IMG/VR virus record: IMGVR_UViG_3300032296_003821
Location: 1-64,000 of that record
Source of the DNA: a virus
DNA length: 64,000 nucleotides
Reading direction: 5' to 3' (one strand)
Both the position numbers and the translations under genes were made by a program. The notes below the pieces were generated by a model that saw nothing but the letters and a program-made list of their open reading frames with translations, was not told the DNA's origin and searched no databases. Of the stretch, positions 36,834 through 45,965 are shown one piece after another (position 1 is the stretch's first letter; every line of letters starts with the position of its first letter).

Positions 36834-37679
36834 ATGAAAAAATCTCGTTTACTCGAAATCATACGTGAAGAAATTAGTGCTGTTTTACATGAAGGTGAAG
36901 CAGAAGAAAAAGCAGCAAAAGCTGCTGCTATCAAAGCTACAGATTTAGAAATTAAAGCTCTAGAAAAGAAAAAAGCTGACATGATGAAAAGCGGTGTCGC
37001 TGAATCAGAAGAACTTAATGAAATTCCAGATTTCGGTGGTCGATTTGATAAGCAAGTAGCAGCAAAATATGGTGAAGAAGATACACTAGAAGCAGCTATG
37101 GAAAAAGTTGTTAACAGAACACTTTCGGATAGAGGAATATCTAAAGCAGATGTATCTAAAATGGATAAAGAAGGTTTAAAAGGTCTTTTGAAAGCTATCC
37201 GTCAACAAATTTCTGGTAAAGGTCAAACTTCTGCTGTTGCTCAAGCTTTGAAAAAACAAACAGAATTTGATGATTCAGGAAGCAAATTACAAGATAACCA
37301 AACAAATAATGCTATCTTAAAAGCATTAGGTTTAAAAGAACCAGGACAACGTGGTAGAAAAGCTGCTGAAAAACCTGCTGAAGCACCTAAAGCTAAAAAA
37401 GAAACAACTCCAAAAGCAGCATCTAAAGCAGAACCTGCAGATGATGAAGATGCAGCAGCAACAAAAGCAGCAGCTAGCGATTCAACAGCAAAAGAATTAG
37501 CTTCTACCCCAGAAGAAAAGAAAATTAAATTCAATCAATTCCTAGCTTCAGTTAAGAAAAATAAAGACGATAAAGCTAAAATTGATGGTATTTTAAAACT
37601 AGCAAAAGATAAATTCAAATTCGCTAAATCAATGATGGACGATTTGAAACGTGCTGCTGGTAGAGAAGTTGAAGCATGA
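36834..37679 (+). CDS. K/A/E-rich putative internal head protein
   Basis: Leader MKKSRLLEIIREEISAVLHE; GQRGRK; ATATTTAT at 36811-36818. Confidence 0.65.
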   Translation: MKKSRLLEIIREEISAVLHEGEAEEKAAKAAAIKATDLEIKALEKKKADMMKSGVAESEELNEIPDFGGRFDKQVAAKYGEEDTLEAAMEKVVNRTLSDRGISKADVSKMDKEGLKGLLKAIRQQISGKGQTSAVAQALKKQTEFDDSGSKLQDNQTNNAILKALGLKEPGQRGRKAAEKPAEAPKAKKETTPKAASKAEPADDEDAAATKAAASDSTAKELASTPEEKKIKFNQFLASVKKNKDDKAKIDGILKLAKDKFKFAKSMMDDLKRAAGREVEA

Positions 37680-38041
37680 TCCAAAATAAAACATTCCAAC
37701 TAAAGCTATCCCATCTTATCATAGGTGGGATACTTTTATTGTTACTAGTATTTTTAGTTAAGTGTGATGTTGAAAAACCTACCCCAACTGACAAATACGA
37801 AAAACAAAAACAGGAAATTGAGCGACTAAGAAACAATATTGAAGTATTGAAATTTGGTCAAAAAGTTTTAAACAAACAACTCGATCAACAAAATCACATT
37901 GTTGATTCATTGAATATAGAAATTAAACACACCGAAAAAGAGCTACAACAAACACGCACATATTATGGCAACAAAATTAAAGATCTTACTAGTGCTTCTA
38001 ATACTGAGCTCGAGCAGTTTTTCTCAGACCGTTACAGATAA
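37676..38041 (+). CDS. membrane-anchored coiled-coil protein, spanin-like
   Basis: N-terminal TM ending LVKC, then coiled coil; overlaps the next gene by 77 nt. Confidence 0.55.
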   Translation: MIQNKTFQLKLSHLIIGGILLLLLVFLVKCDVEKPTPTDKYEKQKQEIERLRNNIEVLKFGQKVLNKQLDQQNHIVDSLNIEIKHTEKELQQTRTYYGNKIKDLTSASNTELEQFFSDRYR

Positions 38042-38393
38042 AATTTGTTTTTCACACGATAAAGCACGAGCTATTGCAATTGACCTTACACGAGGTGATT
38101 CTGCTATTGCTGAATTGAAAGTTGTAAATAAAATGGTATGGCAGTTGAATGAAAAAATTGACGCCAAAGATAGCACAATCAGCATTTACGTATCTAAAGA
38201 AAAAAATTATCTTAAGCAAGTAGCAGACTATGAAAAGATTGTTACTGTACAAGATACTGTAATTAAAGGACTAGAAAAAGACGTTAAAGATCTTACTCGC
38301 AAAAACGCTAACTTAAAGAAAGGTATTAAATGGTTAGGTGGAGGATTCGTGGCTTCCCTACTTGTTATTCTTACATTGGTGGCAGTTAAATAA
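37965..38393 (+). CDS. signal peptide, coiled coil and C-terminal TM protein, spanin-like partner
   Basis: Signal-like N-terminus and C-terminal TM WLGGGFVASLLVILTLVAV. Confidence 0.55.
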   Translation: MATKLKILLVLLILSSSSFSQTVTDKICFSHDKARAIAIDLTRGDSAIAELKVVNKMVWQLNEKIDAKDSTISIYVSKEKNYLKQVADYEKIVTVQDTVIKGLEKDVKDLTRKNANLKKGIKWLGGGFVASLLVILTLVAVK

Positions 38394-39994
38394 TGGAAGA
38401 AAAAAGTCTAAAACAAGTCGTCCGCGAGGAGTATATAAAGTGCGCCCAATCCCCGGCATATTTTATGAAAAAATACTGCCAGATCCAGCATCCAAAGCGT
38501 GGACGAATGCCTTTTAACCTTTATCCATTCCAAGAAAAAGTACTTACTCTATTCCAAGAGAACCCATACTCAATAGTACTTAAATCTCGCCAGTTAGGTA
38601 TCTCAACATTAGCAGCAGGTTATTCACTGTGGATGATGATCTTCCATGAAGATAAAAACATCCTTTGTATTGCAACAAAACAGGAAACCGCTAAAAACAT
38701 GGTTACTAAGGTAAAATTTATGTATGAAAGCTTACCTTCCTGGTTGAAATTTGCAAACAAACCTGACGAAGCAAATAAATTAACACTTCGACTGCCAAAT
38801 GGATCTCAAATTAAAGCAGTTGGTGCATCAGCAGATGCAGGTCGATCAGAAGCCGTTTCATTGTTGATTATAGATGAGGCCGCCTTTATTCACAATATTG
38901 GTGAGATTTGGGCCTCAGCTCAACAAACCTTAGCTACCGGTGGTGGATGTATTGCATTATCTACACCTTATGGTACAGGTAACTGGTTCCATCAAACGTG
39001 GGTTGCTGCTGAAATGGGTGACAATAGTTTCTTACCTATTAGATTACCTTGGGAAGTTCACCCTGAACGAGATCAATCATGGAGAGACCAACAAGATAAA
39101 GATTTAGGTATTCGAATGGCAGCACAAGAATGTGACTGTGATTTTACAACATCGGGTGATACAGTATTCACCCCTGAAGACATTACTTTTTACGAACAAT
39201 TTCACGTGAAAGAACCTCTAGAAAAACGTGGTATTGATCAAAACCTATGGATTTGGGAACCAGCGGATTATTCGAGGAGTTATCTGATCGTAGCTGATGT
39301 AGCGCGTGGCGATGGCAAGGATTATTCGGCGTTTCACATCTTTGATGTCGAAACATTCACTCAGGTAGGTGAATATAAGGGCCAAATTAATACAAAAGAT
39401 TATGGACATTTACTAGTAAGCATTGCAACAGAATACAACAATGCCTTATTAGCAGTCGAAAATCAAAGCGTAGGTTGGTCAACCGTACAAACCATTTTAG
39501 ACAGAGGTTATCAAAATTTCTATTACTCACCAAAAGGTGGAGCAAATAATGTAGATTCTTTCTTTGATCCCTACATGGACCATAGCAAAATGACCCCAGG
39601 CTTTACAATGTCAAATACAACTCGTCCTATAGCAATTGGAAAATTCCAAGAAGCTGTTATGGATAAAGGAGTAGTTTTCCATTCAGCTCGCCTATTAGAG
39701 GAAATGAAAGTATTTATATGGAGAAACGGTAGAGCAGAAGCACAAGCAGGATACAACGATGACCTAGTAATGGCATTTTGTATTGGTTGTTACTTACGTG
39801 AAACCGCATTTAAACTTAGAACAAGTAATATGGAAATGACTAAAAGTATGTTAAATGGTATTGGTAATTCCAAAACCGCATATGCTGGAGGTTATTCCAA
39901 TGGGCCTAGTTATGCTGATAAGTATAACAATAACCCATTTCAAATAGACAACCCTTACTCAAACGGCAAAGAAGACATTTCTTGGCTTTTATAA
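38393..39994 (+). CDS. terL: terminase large subunit (T4 gp17-like)
   Basis: YPFQ, KSRQLGIST (Walker A), IIDEAAF (Walker B), STP.G, DVARG.G.DYS, DDLVMA. Confidence 0.97.
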   Translation: MEEKSLKQVVREEYIKCAQSPAYFMKKYCQIQHPKRGRMPFNLYPFQEKVLTLFQENPYSIVLKSRQLGISTLAAGYSLWMMIFHEDKNILCIATKQETAKNMVTKVKFMYESLPSWLKFANKPDEANKLTLRLPNGSQIKAVGASADAGRSEAVSLLIIDEAAFIHNIGEIWASAQQTLATGGGCIALSTPYGTGNWFHQTWVAAEMGDNSFLPIRLPWEVHPERDQSWRDQQDKDLGIRMAAQECDCDFTTSGDTVFTPEDITFYEQFHVKEPLEKRGIDQNLWIWEPADYSRSYLIVADVARGDGKDYSAFHIFDVETFTQVGEYKGQINTKDYGHLLVSIATEYNNALLAVENQSVGWSTVQTILDRGYQNFYYSPKGGANNVDSFFDPYMDHSKMTPGFTMSNTTRPIAIGKFQEAVMDKGVVFHSARLLEEMKVFIWRNGRAEAQAGYNDDLVMAFCIGCYLRETAFKLRTSNMEMTKSMLNGIGNSKTAYAGGYSNGPSYADKYNNNPFQIDNPYSNGKEDISWLL

Positions 39995-40003
39995 AATAAA
40001 AAT

Positions 40004-41902
40004 ATGGCAGATACAGGATTATTTTCACGATTAAGACGATTATTTTCAACTGATGTTATTATCCGTAATGAAGGAGATAACCAATTGAAAGTATTTGATA
40101 TAAACAAGATCCAAGTTTCAGGTGAATATGAAACCAATGCGTTGGTAGATAGATTCAATCGTATCTATACTAACTCACACACCTCAATTTATGGATATCA
40201 AAGCTCGTTTAATTACCAAACTCTACGCCCCACACTTTATTCCGAATATGATTCAATGGATACAGATGCTATCATTGCTTCTGCCCTAGATATCTTAGCG
40301 GATGAAAGTACATTGCGTAATGACATGGGTGAGGTATTACAAATTCGCTCATCTGATGAAGATGTACAAAAAATTCTATATAATCTATTTTACGATGTAT
40401 TGAATGTAGAATTTAACTTATGGCCTTGGATTCGTAACATGTTAAAATATGGTGATTTCTTCTTGAAACTAGAAATTGCTGAAAAGTTTGGTGTGTATAA
40501 TGTAATCCCTTATAATGCATTCCATATTGAAAGACAAGATGGATATGATAAAGATCATCCAAATTCAGTACGTTTTCGTTTTGATCCAGATGGTATTTCA
40601 TCCCCTTCAGACTATGGTTACTACAACGTACCAAATTCAGGTAATCAAGCAAATGCTATTTTCTTTGACAACTATGAAATGGCACACTTCCGTTTATTAA
40701 CGGATACTAACTTTTTACCTTATGGTAGATCGTATTTAGAGCCTGCTCGTAAATTGTTTAAACAATATATTATGATGGAAGATGCGATGTTAATTCACCG
40801 TATTGTTCGCGCACCTGAAAAACGTATCTTCTACATCAATGTTGGAAACATTGCACCTGCTGAGGTAGAAAACTTCATGCAGAAAACAATTTCCAAAATG
40901 AAACGTACTCCTTATATTGACCAAAACACTGGTGATTATAACTTGAAGTACAATATGCAGAATCTACTTGAAGACTTCTATATCCCAGTACGTGGTAATG
41001 ATCAAGCAACTAAAATTGATAATTTAGCAGGTTTACAATGGCAAGGTATTGAAGACGTTACCTACTTACGTGATAAATTATTTGCTGCCCTTAAGGTGCC
41101 TAAAGCATTTATGGGTTACGAAAAAGATTTGACTGGTAAAGCTACATTAGCTGCTGAAGATATTCGATTTGCACGTACAATTGAGCGTATTCAACGTATT
41201 GTAGTATCTGAGTTGACTAAAATTGCTCTTGTTCACTTATATGCTCAAGGTTATCGTGACGAAAGCATGACAAACTTTGAATTGTCATTAACTACACCTT
41301 CAATCATTTACGATCAAGAAAGAGTAGCATTAATGAAAGAAAAAGTTGATCTAGCTACTCAAATGATGGAAAATAAAATCCTTCCTACTGATTGGATTTA
41401 TGAAAACTTATTCCATTTAAGTGAAGATCAATATGATGAATATAGAGATTTGCTTTTACAAGATGCTAAACGTAAATTCCGTATTGCACAAATTGAAAAC
41501 GAAGGTAACGACCCACTTGAAACTGGAAAATCTTATGGTACACCACACGATCTAGCTTCTTTATATGGTAGAGGCAGATATGAAGCAACTAATGTACCTT
41601 TAGGGTATGATGAGGAAAAAGATTTAGGTCGCCCTGAGGAAAAAATTACAGATAAAAATACACAAGATAATGCGTTTGGAAAAGACAGACTTGGAACAGA
41701 CGGCGTTAAAAAAGACGGAGACGAATCAGATTCAATTAGACCTCAATACAAAGGTGGCAGTCCATTAGCTCTTGAAACTAAAGGTAAACCAAACCCTAAC
41801 AAGAGAATGTTTAACGATATCAAAAATCAACACAAACAAATGATCTTTGAATCAGACATTAGGGGGAATTCACTATTAGATGAATCACAGATACGAGAGT
41901 AA
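40004..41902 (+). CDS. portal protein (T4 gp20-like)
   Basis: MEDAMLIHRIVRAPEKRIFYINVGN, EDF.IP.R, YLRDKLFAALKVP. Confidence 0.96.
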   Translation: MADTGLFSRLRRLFSTDVIIRNEGDNQLKVFDINKIQVSGEYETNALVDRFNRIYTNSHTSIYGYQSSFNYQTLRPTLYSEYDSMDTDAIIASALDILADESTLRNDMGEVLQIRSSDEDVQKILYNLFYDVLNVEFNLWPWIRNMLKYGDFFLKLEIAEKFGVYNVIPYNAFHIERQDGYDKDHPNSVRFRFDPDGISSPSDYGYYNVPNSGNQANAIFFDNYEMAHFRLLTDTNFLPYGRSYLEPARKLFKQYIMMEDAMLIHRIVRAPEKRIFYINVGNIAPAEVENFMQKTISKMKRTPYIDQNTGDYNLKYNMQNLLEDFYIPVRGNDQATKIDNLAGLQWQGIEDVTYLRDKLFAALKVPKAFMGYEKDLTGKATLAAEDIRFARTIERIQRIVVSELTKIALVHLYAQGYRDESMTNFELSLTTPSIIYDQERVALMKEKVDLATQMMENKILPTDWIYENLFHLSEDQYDEYRDLLLQDAKRKFRIAQIENEGNDPLETGKSYGTPHDLASLYGRGRYEATNVPLGYDEEKDLGRPEEKITDKNTQDNAFGKDRLGTDGVKKDGDESDSIRPQYKGGSPLALETKGKPNPNKRMFNDIKNQHKQMIFESDIRGNSLLDESQIRE

Positions 41903-41942
41903 GGAAATTCTATATATTTATAAATAAACAAATATTACCAGA

Positions 41943-42806
41943 ATGCAAGTTAAACATTCAAAGTATAAAAACACGGGTATCCTCTTTGAACTTTTGGTTC
42001 GCCAGATCACCACAGACACACTGGATGGAAAGGATTCTCCGGCTAAAGATATACTTAAAAAATATTTCGTTAAGTCGGAATTGGGTCGTGAGTATAAGTT
42101 ATATGAAACGTTACTTAAAAGAACATCATTAACTGAAGGTAAAGCAAACGTTGTAGTAGATACATTAATCGAATCTTCTAAAACATTAAATAGAGGAGCT
42201 ATTAAACGTCAGAAATACAATCTGATCAGCGAGATCCAAAAATATTATGATTTAAACGAGTTTTTTAATCATAAGCTACCAAACTATAAAATGTTTGCTG
42301 CATTCTATACGTTGACTGAAATTGCAAACGCCCAACACACTGTTGACCCTGATCAAGCTATCAACAATAAAGTAACTATTTTAGAGCATTTAACTGCTGC
42401 TAAAATTGAAGAAAATAAAGTACGTGATGAGGTAATGGGTGAATTTGAAAAAGCCGATAAAGACGTTCGTTTTTTAGCATATAAAATGGTATTAGAAAGC
42501 TTTAATACAAAATATAACGACCTACATCCACGTCAAAAAGAAATTCTTAAAGAATTTATTACTTCGGTTGACAATAAACCACGTTTAAAAGAATTTTACA
42601 CTGCCAAGGTAGTTGAAATTAAAGAAGAATTAGCTAAACTCAATGCTAAAACTAAAAACGAAGTAACCAAAATTAAAATCAACGAAATCATCAACATTAT
42701 CCAGATACCTGCTAAAACAGCTAAAATTACTGATAATGATTTAGTTGACTTGTTACAGTATTATGATTTAATCAACGAGTTAGAAACTGTAAATGGAAAA
42801 AATTAA
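41943..42806 (+). CDS. conserved helical head-assembly protein
   Basis: KHSKYKNTGILFELL N-terminus; lies between portal and protease; ATATTTAT at 41914-41921. Confidence 0.65.
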   Translation: MQVKHSKYKNTGILFELLVRQITTDTLDGKDSPAKDILKKYFVKSELGREYKLYETLLKRTSLTEGKANVVVDTLIESSKTLNRGAIKRQKYNLISEIQKYYDLNEFFNHKLPNYKMFAAFYTLTEIANAQHTVDPDQAINNKVTILEHLTAAKIEENKVRDEVMGEFEKADKDVRFLAYKMVLESFNTKYNDLHPRQKEILKEFITSVDNKPRLKEFYTAKVVEIKEELAKLNAKTKNEVTKIKINEIINIIQIPAKTAKITDNDLVDLLQYYDLINELETVNGKN

Positions 42807-43296
42807 AGAAATAATTCGCAAGAAACTAGCAGAAATGAGCGCTACCGGAATGGGTGGTGCTTCGTTTTCTCCTGGTCAAGGAATGAATTATGCTACTCCA
42901 AAAGCATTTAAAAAAACAAAAAATATTAAAGAAGGTCCTGGAGCTAGTTTAGGAATGGGTCCAAGTGCTGGTTCCGAAGGTGTAAAAGATAATGCTTACG
43001 TAAAACAATTCAAATATAAACTAGTACCTAAGAAAATTAAAGGATCTGGTTTAGAAGTTAAGCAACTTTGGGAAGATGAAACATTAAACGAAATGAATGA
43101 CGTTCAAAAAAGACGCATTGCTTCGTTAGACGAGATTGAAAAATTAATGAACGAAATTCAACCACTTGTTTCAAACGCAAAAAATGAGACAATTGAATTA
43201 TATGGTGGAAATGCTGGTTCATATGATATCAATAAACCAATCGAAATAGTTTTAAGCTATTTAAAAGAAATAAAACAACTCTTATCAGAAAAATAA
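42793..43296 (+). CDS. putative prohead core/internal protein
   Basis: Leader MEKIKEIIRKKLAE; YATPKAF; several LxE sites. Confidence 0.65.
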   Translation: MEKIKEIIRKKLAEMSATGMGGASFSPGQGMNYATPKAFKKTKNIKEGPGASLGMGPSAGSEGVKDNAYVKQFKYKLVPKKIKGSGLEVKQLWEDETLNEMNDVQKRRIASLDEIEKLMNEIQPLVSNAKNETIELYGGNAGSYDINKPIEIVLSYLKEIKQLLSEK

Positions 43297-45143
43297 TGAA
43301 AAAGACATTACAAGATCAGTATTTGTTAATCAAAGAAGGTAAAGGACACGTTGGTGTTTTCCTTACAGAAGCAAAGCGTCAATTCCCAAATATCGTACGC
43401 AATGCTGCTACATTTGATGAAGCAGTAGCATCACTTAAGACCAAAAACATCATCTCAGAAAATGTAATTTCTGTAATGCCTGCTATGATGGATCGTCCTA
43501 AAAAAGAATCTTATGAAACTGCGTTTGAAGCATTCTTAGCTGAAGCAAAAAAGAAAAACGAAGACGAAAAAGTTAAAGCAGAAGAAAAAAAAGTTTCTAA
43601 ACCTGTAGAAGAAGATCTTGCCCATAACTACGATAATTCAGATGATAAGAATCCTGACAATATGATCTTTGGTCAAATTATGATGGGTTATTATGCTGAA
43701 ATGAAAGATCCTAAAAATGCTAATAAGACGATGCAAGAACTTAAAGACATCGTATTTAAAAACTTAGAAAAAGACCCAATTTACTATACAAAAAATGGTC
43801 AATTTGGTGTTAAAGATTTAGGATATGTAACTGAAGCACCTGGTTTGGGTGAGCCAAAAGAAGCTAAAGGTAAATACAAATCATCTGGATACGGTGACTT
43901 AAAAGAAGGTGTAGAAAAATTTAAGTCGGATGTTAAAGATGCTGTAACTAAAAAAAAAGATAGCAAATTTACTGATGAAGAAATTAAAGCTAAACTAAAA
44001 CAAAAACGTGAAGCTGAACTTAAGCGTAGAAAAGAAGCAGGTGAATCACTTGAAGAAATTGCATTGCGTGAAGTAGTTCAAAATATGATTTTTGAAGAAT
44101 TGAATTCTGAAGAATTTGAAGATACTCTTTTTAGACTTGAACAACCACATTTAAGTGATAAAGAAGCTTTAACCACAATTCAAAAAATATATGCTCGTCA
44201 CAGTCAAGGACTTAATTCAATTTCTCAAAATATAGAAGAAAGTGATGTTGATGAAGCATATCAATTGGTAAACATTAATCCTGTAAAAAGCGATAAAGAA
44301 AGGGGTGAAAGAGAACCACAACCTTTCAAAATGTCTTATATTGATCCTTCAGTAGTAGATTCACTTACTAAAAACCAACACTTAAGAATCCTTAGAAGCC
44401 CATCTGACCCAGAAAACATTACACTCGCTATTCGTGCTAGATTGGTCCCAACATCTGCTAAAAATTTAGGAAAAACTACAGATAATTTAAATAAACTTCC
44501 ATTAGATATTCCATCAGATTTTAAAAACTTTTTAACTGATACAAACAATATTTCTGGAGAAAAACAACTTCCAACAAGAGAAGGTGTTGCTGAATTGTAT
44601 AAAGTACTTAGCAATGCTACTTTAAATAAAAATGGTAGTCTTGTATTGAAGGTTCCAAACCCAAATTACGAAAAATCACCTGAATCTTTAAAAGAAAGTG
44701 TTGAAAAGGATTTAGCAGATATCAACAAAGAAGCAGAACACGAAGTTCTACAAGCTAAATTAGACAAAATTGACGCTCTAATCGACCATAGACGTTCTAA
44801 ACTTTCAAAACTTGACGAGGATGAGGATATGAAAGCCTTAACTGACAAGAAAAAAGTTAAAGAACTTGAAAAAGACATTAAAAAACTAGAGGTAGCTCGT
44901 AAAAAAGTTGAAAAAATGATGTCGAAATTTAAAGGTAAAAAAGCAGCCTCTAAAGAAGTAATTGACGAAATGGAAGATGAACCATCAACTGAATATCTAG
45001 AATATAAAGAAGATGCTGAAAATCGTTACGACGCTGGAGAAAGCATCGATTCAATCCTTGGCAACTATAACAATATCTCTCAAGATATGAAAGATATGTT
45101 ACGTAATGATCTAGAAGGTAAAATGGACGGAATGGATTATTAA
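43296..45143 (+). CDS. large putative prohead core/internal protein
   Basis: K/E-rich, modules bounded by LKE, IEE and VDE; KDPIYY motif. Confidence 0.65.
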   Translation: MKKTLQDQYLLIKEGKGHVGVFLTEAKRQFPNIVRNAATFDEAVASLKTKNIISENVISVMPAMMDRPKKESYETAFEAFLAEAKKKNEDEKVKAEEKKVSKPVEEDLAHNYDNSDDKNPDNMIFGQIMMGYYAEMKDPKNANKTMQELKDIVFKNLEKDPIYYTKNGQFGVKDLGYVTEAPGLGEPKEAKGKYKSSGYGDLKEGVEKFKSDVKDAVTKKKDSKFTDEEIKAKLKQKREAELKRRKEAGESLEEIALREVVQNMIFEELNSEEFEDTLFRLEQPHLSDKEALTTIQKIYARHSQGLNSISQNIEESDVDEAYQLVNINPVKSDKERGEREPQPFKMSYIDPSVVDSLTKNQHLRILRSPSDPENITLAIRARLVPTSAKNLGKTTDNLNKLPLDIPSDFKNFLTDTNNISGEKQLPTREGVAELYKVLSNATLNKNGSLVLKVPNPNYEKSPESLKESVEKDLADINKEAEHEVLQAKLDKIDALIDHRRSKLSKLDEDEDMKALTDKKKVKELEKDIKKLEVARKKVEKMMSKFKGKKAASKEVIDEMEDEPSTEYLEYKEDAENRYDAGESIDSILGNYNNISQDMKDMLRNDLEGKMDGMDY

Positions 45144-45144
45144 T

Positions 45145-45777
45145 ATGAGCAAACAACTTTTAATAGAAACCAGACATTTTGATCCAAAACCAATGAAATT
45201 GGTTGAGGGTATGAGCAAAAGCGGTAACGTTTTTGTTGAAGGGATATTGGCTACTGTAGAGGTAAAAAATGGAAATGGTCGCTATTACAAACGTGAATTG
45301 TGGGAACGCGAAATTGATAACTTTACACGCAAAATCCAAATGAAATCTACCGAAACGGTAGGTGAGTTGGATCATCCTGATTCGCAAGTAATCAACCTTA
45401 AAAACGCATCTCATGCTATACGTGAAGTATGGTGGAGAGGGGATGAAATTTGGGGTAAAGTAGAAATATTCTCTGATATGGGTGATTTAGGCACTACATC
45501 AGGTCGTATTGCAGGTGCATTAGTCAAAAATGGCTTAATCATTGGTATTTCTTCTCGTGGAATGGGTTCCCTAAAACAAATGGGTGAGGTAATGGAAGTA
45601 CAAGACGACTTTGAATTACTTACTTGGGATTTAGTTTCCAACCCATCTAACCCAGATTCATGGATGAAAAATGGTGCTTTAAATGAATCAAGATCAACAT
45701 ATTTGCATGATTACGCACGTACAAATTCAATAGTTACTGAAATATTATGTGCTAAAGGTACATGTCCGATATTTTAA
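45145..45777 (+). CDS. prohead maturation protease (T4 gp21-like)
   Basis: N.NGRYY, GELDHP, GISSRGMGS, D.VS.PS. Confidence 0.95.
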   Translation: MSKQLLIETRHFDPKPMKLVEGMSKSGNVFVEGILATVEVKNGNGRYYKRELWEREIDNFTRKIQMKSTETVGELDHPDSQVINLKNASHAIREVWWRGDEIWGKVEIFSDMGDLGTTSGRIAGALVKNGLIIGISSRGMGSLKQMGEVMEVQDDFELLTWDLVSNPSNPDSWMKNGALNESRSTYLHDYARTNSIVTEILCAKGTCPIF

Positions 45778-45799
45778 AACATGCAAACCGGTGAAAATT

Positions 45800-45826
45800 A
45801 GCCCTCTTTTTGAGGGCTTTTTTTTT
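45800..45826 (+). terminator. intrinsic terminator
   Basis: AGCCCTC/GAGGGCT stem followed by a T-run. Confidence 0.85.
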
Positions 45827-45852
45827 CTTTGCGACTTTGAGTATATCAACAC

Positions 45853-45965
45853 ATATATATAACTCGAATATGCCACCCCCCCTCACATCTTATGTGGCAT
45901 CGATATAAAAAATTCTATTACGTTTCTTAATAAACGTATTTTCCCAACAAAATAATTTAGGAAAA
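45853..45965 (+). promoter_or_regulatory. Variant late promoter (ATATATAT) plus structured 5' leader of the scaffold-capsid operon
   Basis: Hairpins ATGCCAC/GTGGCAT (45870-45900) and TACGTTT/AAACGTA (45919-45938). Confidence 0.5.
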
